Source of the DNA: Monocercomonoides exilis PA203
Taxonomy: Eukaryota; Protista; Preaxostyla
Length of the DNA stretch: 64,000 nucleotides
Direction: 5' to 3'
Assembly (NCBI GenBank): GCA_001643675.2
Contig: LSRY02000011.1
Location: 1,178,001 to 1,242,000 of the forward strand
Positions 34,078 to 50,916 of the stretch are shown here, in pieces. The notes beneath the pieces are model-generated. The model was given only the letters and a program-made list of their open reading frames with translations. It made no database searches and was not told where the DNA came from. A program made the translations under genes and the position numbers. The stretch's first letter is position 1; the number at the start of each line of letters is the position of its first letter.

Positions 34078-34351
34078 GAAAGAACAATAATAATTTGATC
34101 ACATGAACCATAGGAAATTTATTTTCTATCCATAAAATGAGTGAGTTATGGCGAGTGTATTCAACGATTTTTGTTGGATTTCCCTTTCCGTGTTTATTAA
34201 GAAATAAAAAAATCGCATTTTCTATGCAAAACACTCGTTTTTAATCATTAAAAATCCAAATTAAAAAAAAACACTCCAGAAATGAATTGATGAAATGAAT
34301 AATTGTGAAGTGTCTTAATGATTTTGAAAGTCTTAAATATTACAATAATGT

Positions 34352-36784
<2,433 letters not shown>

Positions 36785-37399
36785 TTCACGATAGGCTGCA
36801 ATTCCAATTTACAATTTTTAAAAGATCATAGACCCCTTTATAATATTAAAAGTTGAAAGGGAAAAACAACTTGAAAAGTTTATTTGTGTTTATTATTGCT
36901 TTATTTTTCATTGATTTTATAATGAATTTTTTGAAAAAAGCCTAATTATTGCAAAGTCGTTAAAATCATATATTTAAAGAATATTCATTTGTGATTATTG
37001 TTATTCACATTTTTGAGATAATTTCAAACGACAACAAATACATTCTGATTGAACAAAATATGTCTGATCATTTTGTTTTTGTCAGTTTGAATTGTGAAAA
37101 TTCTTCGGGCTGAATTTAATTATTGGATGAATATAACTTTTGATTCATTTCAGATATTAACTGTTCTTGTTAATTGTTGATTTTTTTTTGAAAAATATAA
37201 ATTTAGAAAATCAAAGATTTGATGTATATTTTGTTTATTATGTCATGTTTTTTTAAAATGCGTTATTAAATCCGAATGAGAAAAACTCTTCAATTTATCA
37301 ATTGTTTAAAAACAAAAATCTATTGCTGAAGTCCATAATAAACTGGCATTATATTAATGTTCAAAAATACCCACTCACATCCTTTTGTTTGTCTTGTTT

Positions 37400-38600
37400 G
37401 TCTTGCGCATGACAGTGGCAATGACTTGTTGTCCAATTACACAATTTCGATCACTTTTAGGAAGCTTTCTTCGAAGATCTGAGCTGTTGAAGGAATCTTG
37501 TGAAAAACATTCACAAGTCCGCTTTTTTTGATAGCAGAAAAAATGTTTATCAATGAAGAAACTTGCAATATTACATTCGTTCCAAGCTAAAAAGGTTGTT
37601 CCACGCTGTCGTGTGTTGAATCAGACCTAACGTGTTGAATCTGGAATTTCCATAGTGAGAAAATTGACAAATCCAAGGACTGCAGCAAATGTGTTGTATT
37701 TGGAGGCAAAATCAATAGCAAAACATTTTCATTAACAAGTCGAGTCAACACATTATCTTACAGGTGGATTCTGCAACCATCAAGCATTAACACTGCCTGT
37801 GCATGCTTATCTGGGAAAAACATTCTTTTGATGTTGAAATGAGGAATGAAAACTTTCTTGATCCAGTTTTCAAACAACTCTGTAGTAAAATAAGACGAAT
37901 TACAGATTTCTACACAACTCTGAATTCCTGCTTGATAGCCTAGAGAATGAAGGGATCTTATGTTGAATGGTTTTTGCACCAGAAAACAAGGAGGAACAAA
38001 AGTTCCATTAAGCGAAATGCAATGGAGCAATGATATTCTTTTTTCTCCTCTGTCCAAAGGCGTGTGATCAATTTCACGATTTTCATTTGTTCCCACTATT
38101 AGGTTCATCTTTTTTGCATCTTCATGGGCATGATAACCAGATTCATCAGCACAGAAGATCATAGATGAATATTTTCCACACACATAGTGAGTCAAATAAT
38201 TTTTCCGGGGAATAATGCTTTGTTCAGATATTTTCTTCCGTTTTTCGTCTCTCACATTTGAAAAAACAACCATCAATTCCTCGCTATGCCTTTTTGTGAA
38301 TGAAGAACGAAAATTATGAGAATGTGTTTTATTTCAAACTTTTGTAACAACAGCTCTAAGTGTTTTCGCTGTGATTTGCTTTCTTTTATCTCTCAAAATT
38401 TTCAGTATTTCCATGACTCGTTTTTCTTGCTTTCGAGTCATCAACATGTTCTATTTCTCGATAACTTTTTTCCTTATATATCCGGTTCGAATCTGGCAGA
38501 CAAGGCTCGGTGTGCAGTTGAGTGCCTTTGCAATTCTCACATTTGAAGGAATTTTCACTTTTCACATTTTGCAGGTGTCGAAGATGGAATGAATTAATGA
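37400..38600 (-). pseudogene. Second pogo-like DDE_1 transposase pseudogene (divergent from the first)
   Basis: HTH-like RIAKALNCTPSLVCQIR, then IFCADESG, RISLLHCISLNG...P, FENWI, AVLMLDGCRIH and LILPPNTTHLLQSLDLSIF. Stops and frameshifts present. No TIRs found; limits approximate. Confidence 0.85.
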
Positions 38601-39698
38601 AACTTTTGTTTTAGAAGTATTTCGAGATAAGAACGATGAAATGAAGTGAATGTCTAATTATGGAATAAATCCAGTTAAAATTGTTTAAAATGAAGATGAA
38701 CTAAAAGTTGAAAAAATGAAAGGCATTTTTAATAAAAAGATTGACAAATTTGTTACACTTGAACAACAATAATAATTAAAGAATTATTGTTACCAACGTT
38801 TAACAATTTACATGAATGGTGAGTGACTGTTCATTTCTTTTTTCAACGCATTTATTCTGTGAAATATGAATTGAATAATTGGTGTAATTTTATTAATATT
38901 AATAACCACAGAGTAACAAAAAATGTTATTTTTTTGGATTTTCAAAATTTTCGCAACTTCCACAAAGAGAAAAATTGGAAAAGAAATAATTAAAAGGATC
39001 TGAAAAAAAAATCATAGAAAAAAGAGAAAAAAGAGAAGTAATTTTTTTAACTTCATTTGGGTAATTCTTTTTGAATAGTCACAAATGTTAAATTTTTAAA
39101 TAAATCTTAAATTTCATATTTTGCTAAATATTTTGTTAACAAATATCAAACTCCACATAAATGGAATCGATTACTTAAGAATGCTATTTCAAACATTCTT
39201 GAGGAGATTTGTGAGCTGAAACAGAAATATGAGCAAAATACGAAATTTTTGACATATTTGAAAACTAAACATTTGCGACTTTTCAAAAAGAATTGCCCAT
39301 TTCTTAAAATTAAAATTTCAGTTATTATAGTATGATTCTTTCATAATCGTTAAAATTATTAGTTCTTTGATTAACAAAATTCTGAGCTAAATCCTTCACA
39401 AAATGTTCCAGAAAAATCCTCGTGATTGTGTAAATTTATTCTTTTATTTTCTTTGAACCTCGAATAAGATTTATATGTGTGATTAGATTTGAAATCAGTG
39501 TTTTTTTCCAATGTTTTCATTTTTGAAAAGGTTGTTTGTCAGGGGAATATTTTTTTTATCCAAAAGAAAAATTCGTCACAATTGTTTTCAAGTTTAATTT
39601 TTCTAATGAGTTCGCAATAAATTTGTTAAGAAATGAAAATAACTAATTTCAGTGTTCGTTTATATATTTACATGCTGAATAAACGAACAGAAGAATAT

Positions 39699-39954
39699 GG
39701 GTGATTATTTTTGAAATCATATTTCTTCCATCAAATTTTTCGGTTTAAGAATTCACTTCAAGTGCTGATAAATGAGCACAAAAAAGAAATAATTCCATAC
39801 AAAAATAACTTTTTCATGAATATTATCTGAAGCATTGTCATTTTAAACAATTGCATTGCATCTAACTCTTTAATGAATAATTCCTCTCATAAGAAATTGA
39901 ACATTTGAAAAATCGACACTCCGAAAAAAGTTATGATTTCAAAAATAATCACCC
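39699..39954 (+). mobile_element. MITE family A, copy 3 (256 bp), TSD ATAT
   Basis: Perfect 23-bp TIR GGGTGATTATTTTTGAAATCATA, flanked by ATAT on both sides. Confidence 0.92.
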
Positions 39955-40133
39955 ATATAGCAGAGAAAAATTGGATTACAAAAAATAAATAAATAAATAA
40001 ACAAATAAATAAGTAAATATTAAAAAAAAATGAATGAAGCAGAAACTTCATCTTGCGATTAAAAAGATTTCCTTTTTTCTCTTAATAAAAGCTTCTTTTT
40101 AACTTTCAGAAAAGTGAAAATAAAAATATATTT

Positions 40134-40391
40134 GGGTAATAATTTTTGAAATCATATTTTTTCAATCAAAAATTTCGATTCATTAAATGCTCTTGTGAAT
40201 AAACAAATGAACATTGAAAAGAGAAAAGAATTATTTATTTTATTTCCTCTATGTTTCAGCTCAAAAATTTTTGTTTCTGAAACACTTGTGATGAATTTTT
40301 TGCATTTGAATGCAAAATCTCTTCTCAATTTTATATGACTTTAGAAAGATTTACACCCCGAAATAAGTTATGATTTGAAAAAAAAACACCC
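40134..40391 (+). mobile_element. MITE family A, copy 4 (258 bp), TSD ATTT
   Basis: ATTT|GGGTAATAATTTTTGAAATCATA ... TATGATTTGAAAAAAAAACACCC|ATTT. Interior similar to copy 2. Confidence 0.85.
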
Positions 40392-40559
40392 ATTTAGAAA
40401 AATTAAAAGTGAGAACTTTTCTCAAAGATAACAAAAAATTGCATGAAAAAAATAACATGCAATGAAAAAAGCAGAAAGGAATTTCTTATTATTAATTATT
40501 TGAATTATATATAAATAAACACATTTTTTTTGAGATCTTCACAATCCATATTAAAATTT

Positions 40560-41402
40560 ATGGCAGACGATTCTGAAGAAATAGATGCTGTTCCAGATAG
40601 CGAAAAGATCATTGTAATTTTAGACAAGGCATGCTTAGAGGTTGGAAAAACGAAAGGTTTTTCGAGACTTTTTAATTGTAAAAAATGTATATATTCTTAA
40701 AACGAAATTATATTATAGATGGAGTCTATAAATTGTTAGATTGCGATCAAACTGCTCTTCTTCGGAAAAATCACTTAAACCCTTCTGAGTATCGTCCAGA
40801 TATAACGCATATGGTGTGCTTCTCTACTATTAAGCTGTTAATTTAAACACTCAATTTTCTCAAATTTGTTTTAAGTGTCTTCTAACCCTTCTTGATTCTC
40901 CTCTAAATAAAACAGGTCATTTAAAAGTATATGTGAGAACATCAAAGAACGTTCTTATTGAATTTAATCCAAAAATTCGACTTCCGAGAACATTCAAGCG
41001 TTTTTCAGGTCTTATTGGTATGATCAGTCTTACAGATATTTAAATTTCAATTTATGTTTTTTTAAAATAGTTGAATTATTGCATAAGCATAAAATTAGGG
41101 CTGTTGAAACAAAAGAAGTTCTTCTCAAAGTTATTCGCAATCCAGTTGAACAATATTTACCACCAGGCTGCCGTATCATTGGATTATCTGCTACTGCTTC
41201 TAAAAAAACAGAAATAAATGAATATATTTCAACAATCCCAAAAGATACGCCAGTTGCTTTTATTGTTGGTGCATTTGCTCATGGACAAATCGATTTAAGT
41301 CAATGTACAGAAGAATTGTGCATTTCAGATCATCATTTGAGTGCTGCTGTTGTATGTGGAAAGATTTGCTGCGCAGCTGAACAAAAATTGGAGATATTTT
41401 GA
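40560..41402 (+). CDS. EMG1: rRNA small-subunit pseudouridine methyltransferase Nep1/EMG1 (4 exons)
   Basis: [52 protein letters not shown] and LSAAVVCGK. Confidence 0.95.
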
Positions 41403-41599
41403 GCAAAAAATAAAAAATTACAAAATTTCATTTCGCATTTCTCTCATGTCAAAGATTAATAAATTAAGAATAAAATTCTTTTAAATGAAAAATTTCTTTT
41501 TCCAATTTTTTTAAACAAAAAATGATCATTTCCATTAAGTGGAACAATTTCAATTTCTATTTTTTTTTATTTTGTTGTTTTCACTGTGTTTAACGTTCG

Positions 41600-44500
41600 A
41601 TGCAAGACAGCGTCATATTTGAGGTCTTGAGTCAAACATTTCGAGGCGATAAGGCTGCGCAAGAACAAGCTAGAAAAGTGATTCGATCTGTTTGCCTTGT
41701 TTTTTAAAAAGTAGTTATTTATGTTTAATTACAACTTATAACCAGTGGAGAAAAATGCCAAACTATTTTTCTCATATGCTTAAATTCACTATGGATGAAA
41801 GAGTTGTTATTGATATTCGTGTTGCTGCGGCAATTCAGTTTAAAATTAGTGTTAAAAAAATGTGGAAAGAATCTAAAGACAGAACTGATAAACAATTTAT
41901 TCGCGAAAATATCATTCCTTCTCTTTGTGCTGCACCGCCTTTAGTAGCAAAACAATTGGAACTTATTATTGGTACAATGATAGAATGTGATTTTCCTAAA
42001 AAATGGCCAAATATGATTGTGCAAGTAAAACAAGCTCTTGAAGCAAAAGACATAAACTTAAAAATAGCTATATGCCCAGTTATTCTTTCATTATGCAGTT
42101 TATATTCATCTGCAATGCCAAAAATTGCAAAACAATTCAATAAAGCTATTCCAGTATTTTATCATCCTCTATTTCTTTCGGCACAGGAGATTCTTTCGCA
42201 CATAAATTTTGCAGAAACGCAACAGGCGATTATGCTAAAGTATTTTTGCAAAATTACGAGGAATATTAATACATCAAATATCAGACCATACTTTTTAAAG
42301 CCAGAAATGATGAGAATAGTGGTGGAAAAAATGGTGCAAATATTCATGTTGCCCATTCCAGAAACGCTATATGTTTGAATGGATTCTTTGTGAAATTATT
42401 TTTCAGTTTTAATAAATAAATATTATTTTTTTAAATCATTTTGATTTTCATCAACTGCTTTTCACAGCCTGATAGGGATCAACGCCCGCACCAGCAATGG
42501 TGGAAGTGCAAAAAGCAGGCAATAGAGTTTTTATTTTTGTTGTACCAGAATTATAGTCTTCCAAACCCATCTCAACTCGAATACAAAGAATTTTCCATGT
42601 TTTGGATGAACAACATCGCGAACAATCTCATCAGCACGATTCTTGCCGAGCTCCACAAAGTGTATGCCGGCAGGAAGATCGCCGGCTCGTTGGCGCTTCC
42701 GTCTTCCTCGGACGCAGCATCCGCCTCTACCTCTGCATCTGCATTGGCTGAGGCAGCAGCACCTGAGTTTGTGCCAAGCACCAAGTCAGATGTGTACATG
42801 TCCCCAAAAGTGATGTTCTTTGCCATCCAGCTGCTGAGCTTCGGCCTGCTGCACAACGTCACCTACGTCGTGTCGCTCAAGCCCCATCTCCCGCTCCTGC
42901 TGAACGAGATCATCCTCCCCAACGCTGGGCTAACCAGCGAGGAAATAGAGCTCTTTGACGAAGAACCCATCGAGTTTATGAACCTTGTCAACTCCGCCTC
43001 GTCCAACGTCCACACGCCCCGCACAGCTGCGCTGGAGTTCTTCCGGCGACTCTGCGGGAACCGAAAACAGACAGCGCTTGCAGGGCTGCTCGACATGCTC
43101 CAGAAGTACACAGCGAAGGCCTACGAGATTATCACCCAAGCAATCGCAGCTGGCCGTGTACCTCCACAAACACCAACAGATGCCTCTCAGCACCCGACCG
43201 CTGCCTCACAGCCGATCTGGAATCCGCTCCAGATCTGCCTCCACCTCCTCTCTGAGGTCAGCACTGTTGTCTTTCTGCCGTCTGAGTCGGCGCTGACTGC
43301 TCCAAACCCAGCTGCCCCTCCACAGGCGCAGGCAGCAATGGCTGCACAGCAAATGATCAGCCCCTTCGACTCGATGATCATGCAGCTCATTTCATCCTTC
43401 GTGCTCCCGCTCCTGGCTTCCTCGTTCCCGTTCCCCATCCTCCGCAGAGAGGCTGCGCTCTTCGTCGCCTCGTACGCGCCAATGATCTCAGTTTCTCCAG
43501 CCGCAACGAGCATCCCTAATTCTCCGGGCGCGTCTTCCTCTCCGCTTATTGTCACACTCATCGGGGCTGCGGTGGCTCTTCTGGACGATCCCTGTGTGCC
43601 TGTGTGTGTGGCAGCGTGTGAGTGCATCACAAAGCTACTCTCTTACATCTACGCTGCTGCCCGCCCTCCGAAGCTGCATGCGGACATGGCACCTCTGCCT
43701 TCTCCATCGCCTTTGTCAATCCCATCTGTGGTGACAGCATCATCAGGCGAAGGAGCAACAGTCATATCTGCCCAGCTGCTCACGATGGTTGAGTCATTTC
43801 TGCCAACCTTGTTTGAGAAGTTGTTCAACAACCTGCAGCGCGCAGGGCAGGCGTCTGACAGAGTGATCGTCTCCATCAACAGAGCGGTGAAAGTGGCTGG
43901 GGAGCGCATGGAGCCATATGCCACGACAGTCTTTACGCGCATCACAGAGATGATGAAAGGGCTGCTGGCAGAGCGGTGGGTGATCATCGACCAAGGGCGC
44001 GCTATTATTGAGAAAAAGGAGGCGGAGAAGGAGGCAGCAAAGGCAGCAGGTGCGCAAGGGATTGCATTTGGACAAAAGCAGTCTGCGAGTGGAGCGAGTG
44101 GTGCAATCGACGAGGATGACGACGACGACATAGAAGGCAAGCGGGACTCCGACAAGAAGATTCTGAAGGCGATGTTTGGTGACTCAGACGACGAAGGCGT
44201 ACGGCAGCTGCACAACAGCGAGCTGACGACGCTGTGCGGGGCGCTGTACAACATCCTCCACTTCACACGTGCAATGCGAGTACGGTCGACCGACCAGACA
44301 GCGCCGCTGCTGTTCACGCAGTTCGAGCCAGTCATCTCAGAGTTTCTGGTCAAAGGGCTGGAGCACAGGGACGTGGAGTTCATAGACATGTATGTCGCAT
44401 GCTACCAGATTGTGTGCCTGGTGCTGCTCGACTTCACTCCGGACAAGTCGTCTGCAGCGGCGTCTGGGATGTCATCCACAGGAGGATCGGGAGGAGGAGG

Positions 44501-46384
44501 AGCAGGAGGAGCAGGCAGTTCTCCAATGGGCGCTGCGGGAAGCGGAGTAACAGCCACAATGGCAACTGCATTCACCAGACTCTGCCAGTGGATGGAGGTC
44601 AACGACGACATGATCTCGATGCTGATCCCGACGATCCAGGCATTTGCGCAGAACAACATCGAAGTGATATTCAACACACCAGACATTTCCAACCCGCTCT
44701 TCAATTCCATTCGGAACTCATTTGGGTTTGGCTCGTTGAATGACGATGCGTCTGATCAGAGCTCTCCGTTTGCGCCTGCGACGTCGGTTGTGCTTGGCGG
44801 CACTCCTCTTTCTGCACAGGGCACAGGGGCATCTGGTATGACAGGGGTAAGCGGGAGTGGCACGGGTGATAATGGCGATGGCAATGGTGATGATGATGAC
44901 GATGATGATGAAAATCATCTGGACAGCGCTATTCTGAGCAGCGTGCGGCTGCTGAAGTTCCTCCTCATTCGATGCGGAATCAAAAGGCTGAACCTTTCTG
45001 TGAGCGCAGAGACTGCCTCGTCTGCTGTTGCTTCCACAGGCGCATCTCTTTCCACCTCTCCGTTTTATGCCGGAATCATCCAGTCGCCTGCACTTGTCTC
45101 ATCTCTTCTGGCGATGCTGTGGAAGAGGTACGATGAGTGCACGATGCCTATCATCAAGTCCCGTGTGGCTCATTCGATCCTTCTTCTTTTCTTCGCAGCG
45201 CCGCTGCATGCTTTTGGGGCGATTCGGAAGCAGACGATGGACACACAAGCTGCAATCCATTCTGTTCAGATGCCGCAGATGGCGATAACTTCTGCGAATG
45301 ATTCAGACGCCGAGAGGAAAGCAAAGGTGCAGAAGAAGAAACTGCGGAAAGCGCAAAAGGCGGCTGTGGAGAAGCTGAAGCTGCCGTCCATCCCGACGAT
45401 TGCTGAGCTTGTGGACTGGATTGAGAACGAGAGGGATGAATACACGAACTCAATTATGGACATGCAGGTGTCGCTTTATTCGCTTCTTTCGCTTCTTTCT
45501 ATTCCGATTGAGTGGTATCCAGAGGAGTATGGCATAAGAGAACAGGCTGTGCATTCACTTTTGCCAAAACTGTACCAATCCGTAGCGACAATAAAGACAG
45601 AGCTTGAGAAAGAAATCGTTGAAGAACAAAAAGAGAAAGCAGAAAAAGCGAATTCGAAGAACAAGTTGGATGTTTTTGATGGAGGGATCACAAGTGGATC
45701 GAAGAGCTGGACAGAAGGAATGTTAAGGATGCTGAACGACGACCAGACAGCGTTTGAAGGGGATTATGAAGAGGATATTGACGATACGTCTGTGGCGAAG
45801 GTGCTGATGAGGCTGAACAAGAAAGTTGGAGGAGGAGGAGAAGGAGGAGAAGGAGGGGAAGGAGGGGCTGAAGATGAAGATGAAGATGATGATATGGATG
45901 CGTATCTGCTGAACGAGATGATACAAATAGACGAATCGCACCCGCCCCAAGTGCTTGACTCAGACTTTGAGAAGAAAGGCAAAGGAGAAGAGGGAGATGA
46001 AGATGATGACTCATCAGATGATGATGATGATGACGATGACGATGATATGGATGAATTGGACAATATACTTGCAGCTGAGCTGGATGATGAGGAGGCTGTG
46101 GATCACGATGCTATTATTATTGACCAGCTGAAATTTGAAGATGAAGATTTCTTGGACACATATCCCTTGAAAGGAATGAGCATCACGGCTGTGGCAAGCG
46201 AGTCTGTTAAATGTATGCTTAATAATTTTTTTTAAAAAATCAATTAAAGATATTTCATTTTATTTTTATTTCTGTATTTTTTTTAGATTTTTCACTCATG
46301 GATAAAGAAGGAACATTCAACAAAATCATAATTCAGTTGATGCCTTTTACGCAACAAGCAATAAAGTCACTAATTGGTGCATGA
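41600..46384 (+). CDS. IPO7: Importin-7/8 family karyopherin (4 exons)
   Basis: IBN_N motif (RVAAAIQFK...W), DFPKKWP, WWKCKK, ELFDEEPIEF...PRTAA and a very acidic C-terminal region. Confidence 0.82.
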
Positions 46385-46590
46385 AAATAAAATAATCATA
46401 ATATAAAATTCACTTCGATCTCATCTCACTAAAAAAATAAATTAATAAATATAAAGTATTAACTAGGATATAATTCAAAGCTAATAACAAAAACCCACTT
46501 GTTATTATGCAGTATTTTTGGAAAATTTATTTTTTTTGGAAGCCATAATTATTGTAAAGTTGATTGATTTTTTTCAAAAATTTGTTTGTC

Positions 46591-49500
46591 ATGCATCAAC
46601 AAAAGCTCCCTGACGATGGACTTTTGGAAAAATCATCAAACATTACTGTTTGTGTAAGGTTTGTTGAGCTTTAAACTTTCTTCGACAATAACAAATCTTC
46701 TTATTGCGTATTTTTTATAATTTCCACATTTTTTGAAATTTACATGAAAACAATTTGCAACAATTAATTTTTCGAAATTAAAATTATGCTAGAATTCGTC
46801 CAGAAACTACTTTGGAACGAGAAAAATTTCGTAGTGTTGTAAGAACACTTGAACCAAATATTGTTATTTTCGACCCAGAAGACAATTCTCGAACGGAAAT
46901 AAAAGGGGTTCCTGTTTTGAGGCGTACACGAGAAATGCGCTATGCGTTTGATAGAGTTTATGATGAAGGCGCATTTCAACAAGAAGTTTACGAAGGATCT
47001 GCAAAACAATTAATTCCTTCTCTTCTTGATGGATTCAACTGTTCAGTGTTTGCTTATGGAGCAACAGGTTTGTTTTTAATCATCATTGTTATATTTTGAT
47101 AATTATTTTTATAATTTAGGAGCGGGTAAAACCTATACAATGCTTGGCTCTGAAGATAATCCTGGAATCATGTTTCGAATGATGCAAGACCTGTTCTCTA
47201 CGTTCAAGCGAAATGAGTTAGATAAGCAGTACAGATTATCGTTATCATACATAGAAGTTTACAACGAAGTTATTCGGGATTTACTAGCAATTCCTTCTCA
47301 AAATTCCCGTTCTCAGCAAGGTAATGCTTCTCATCCTGTTTCTATTCGAGGACCCAGTGGATCTCAGTTCGGGAGGAAAAGCAAGTTCATAACGCGAAGC
47401 GTTGGATTGGATTTGAGAGAGGATCCCAAAGGAGGAGTTAGCGTATCTGGAGTCACCATTCACCATCCATGCTCTCCTGATGAAGTGATGAGTCTACTTA
47501 AATTGGGAAGCGCAAATCGAGCAGCAGCAGCCACAAATGCCAATGTCGTGTCTTCGAGGTCTCATGCTGTGCTCCAAGTTGTTGTCGAGTCAACAGACCG
47601 AACAGCCAGCGTGAAAGGGCGTGTTCAGACAGGGAAGCTCTCGCTGATTGACCTTGCTGGCTCTGAGAGAGCGGCTGCGACGCAGAACAGAGGGGCACGA
47701 ATGACTGAAGGAGCAAACATTAACAAGTCACTTTTGGCGCTTGGGAACTGCATCAATGCGCTGAGTGAAGGGAAAAAGGGGGTGCATGTGCCGTTTCGAG
47801 ACAGCAAGCTTACGAGATTGCTGAAAGATTCACTTGGAGGCAACTCGAAAACTGTGATGATTGCGAATATATCACCTTCTACGCTTTCATATGAAGACAC
47901 ACACAACACATTAAAGTATGCAAACAGAGCAAAGAACATCAAAGTGAAAGCGAAACGGAATTCTCGCTCAGTTGAACAGCACATTTCACAGTTCACAAAT
48001 ATAATCGACTCACTCAGACAAGAAGTGGCAATACTCAAATCAAAATTGCATACAGCCCTCGAAAAGAACATTGTTTCAGAAGCCGAAGAAGAAGACATTG
48101 CATCGTCAATAGCTGTTCGAAAGGAGATACAAAATGTGAGTCGAGCCAGACTTGCACTTTTGAAGGAGATTCTTGCATTGAAGCAAACAGAAATAGAAAG
48201 CAAGCACATCCTTGCACAGAAACGGACGGATCTTGCGTGTTGGAACTTTCAACATCCTGAAGGAGCCAGACAGCAAAACGATACAGATTCATTAACTTCG
48301 AATTCTGAGCAAAGAGATAACACAAAGGATAACGAAGGTGCATCAAATGCATCGAATTCTTTACCATCATCAACGCCAATTTCGATCAGAGGCATATTTC
48401 GCGAGATCCGCGCACTGGAGAAAGCAGCCTGCTCAGCTCGAGAGAAAAGGCACGCCATAACAGAAGAATACAGCGCCCTCTGCAAGAAATCGAGCAAACT
48501 GAGTGCATCTATTCCTGAAAGAGTCACATCTGAAGAACGCAGACAGTCGCTTCAGACTTTGATGCGGCTAAGAGAAGCTGACTTAAGAATGCTTGAGAGA
48601 GAATATCAGATCAAGAAGAAGTCGTATCACATTTCCGCACTCAAAGAAGGAGTTCGTCAGCTTCTGCAGATTGTGCAGCAGACAGAACAGACGATGAAGG
48701 CGCTGAAAGGAGGCATCGAAGAGGCAGGAAATAGCGATGAATATCTCAATGCAGAATACAATGCGGGGCTCAGAATGGCACATACATCACAGACAGAATT
48801 CTATCGTTATTTGGAAACGATCAGCCTTCGCGAAGAAGAAGAGGAAGAGGAAGAAGAAAATGGTAGTGATAATTCAGATGGTAAATTGTATACGCAGGCA
48901 CTTCTTCAAGCAGAACACGACTTTTCTGATCAAACTTCACAAATGAAAGCCAGCTATTCAGAGGATGAGAACGGAAAAGGGGCAGTACGGCCTTTCACTT
49001 CGCCTGGACGAGCTACGGTGCATTTTCTAATGACAAGTCCCGCAAAGCTTCAGATCAACAAGCCGTTGAGTCCAAATACACTTCATAATCAAATGTCAGC
49101 TGTAGCTTCTCCGAGCAGACTGATGCAAGCGCAAATATCTCCGATGAAACTGCCAAACAAACGAGGAAGAGATGCTGTTGATGGTCTGGATGACAAGCAA
49201 ATGCTGATGGAAGTTTCGAATTCCGCTTCGGCTTTGGCAGATGAAAATCAGAACAATTATGACAGCAGCAACAACAGCAGCAGTTCTCAGCATTCTTTTA
49301 CAACACCTGTCAAACGAGTTCATTCACAAGACATGCAGCAAAAGCCTCAGCAACTCACAAAACCAGTTTCACCATCAAGCAAAAAACAGACTGTTTCGCC
49401 CGTTGTGAGTGCGCCAAATCAGGCAGCATCTGCTCAAAATGCCCAAATACGCACTCATTCCACTTATTCTGCATTCACGTCGTCAACTTTCACTCCGCCT

Positions 49501-50532
49501 CGAAAGCTGATTGAAACGACTTCTCTGCTGAACCCTCAAACTCCACAAACAAGAACACCAAAAGGTTCATCTGCGTTTATCCGCCCTTCGACTCTTCTTG
49601 CAACACAATCACCATCTGTAAAGCTTCCATCTTCATCTTCTGCTTCGGCTTCTTCAAATAATATGGCTCAATCTGGTTCTGAAAGCAATAATGGTTCAAT
49701 TGCGAAAAGTTTAGAGCTTAACAGCAATCATAATAAAGACAGTGCAGAAAATGAAGCATCCTTTGCTGTTGAGTGCGAGGAGAACGACACAACAATTCCA
49801 GGTTTGGACGAAGACACGTCAACACAAGCAAAAGGGAAACATCCTGAAAGCTCGATGTTTCCTTCTTTGCCAATCACCCCTCCACTTCCAGCTATCCCCA
49901 GAATCTTGTCTCAAGTACCATCTTCTGAAGGAGATTCGAATCAACCAAGCAGCTCTTCTCTTCCTGTGTCTCCTGATAATCACAAGGGAACATCTTCAAA
50001 GAAACAGCCAGATGTGTTCACACGGCTTCAGACTATGTCCACAGTGTCGTGGGATCTGAAGAAGGAAAGGCCACACACTCAATCTTCTCATTCAACGAAC
50101 TCATCAGCGAATGGCAAGAATGGACATTCAAAACCTTTCGTTTCGACTGTAGGCTCGTCTTTCTCGTCGACTCTTCCACCAACTGTGTCGCCAGCTGCAG
50201 CCCGTTTTCAGTCCTTCACAGCAAAAGACAAGCAGAAGCTGAGGGTGAGAATATGCGAGACTCCAATTGTACCACAAGCGCTGCATTCAATCACCTCACA
50301 GCTTGAACTTTATCAGAACAACCCACAGCAGACTGTCTCTCTTTCACAATCCACTTCACAGAATTCATCATCATCACCTTCTTCTACTTCGTCTTCTTCT
50401 TCAAGTCAATCACAGCAACATCAGATTCCTGGCTATCTTCAACCGACAATCTCTTCGATGATTCGCAATCAATCCACTTCATCATCATCAGGGCACTCTC
50501 ACGTCAGCCCTTTCCCACTTCGCGATTATTAA
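46591..50532 (+). CDS. Kinesin-8 family motor (KIF18/KIF19-like), 3 exons
   Basis: VCVR|IRP, FAYGAT|GAGKTYTMLG, SSRSHAVLQ, LIDLAGSERA, EGANINKSLLALGNCINAL and YEDTHNTLKYANRAKNI, followed by coiled coil and a disordered tail. Confidence 0.92.
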
Positions 50533-50916
50533 TTTTATTTTTATTTATTTTTATTGTTTTCGGGCAATGGACTTTGTTAATAAAAAAGCTGTTCGTTTCT
50601 TATTTATTCGCTTTTCTTCTGCCTTTTCAGAAAATAACTTTTGAATAGGTTTTGTATATGGACACAAATGTGATGCATAAAAGGAGCGAAAGACAAAAAA
50701 GAGCATAACAGCTTTTATTGGAGAATAGGTTAACAAATGGAATTCAATGCGAAGTGGAAGAAGATTCAGATGAAAGAAGATTGAAATGGTTCATAAAAAA
50801 TAAGAGAGGAAGAAAAGCACCTTTCGCTCGATAACAATAGCAATAATAAACACAAACAAACAACGAACACAGAAAATACGCGAGTAACTTGTATGAGAAT
50901 GCATACGAGAACAGAT

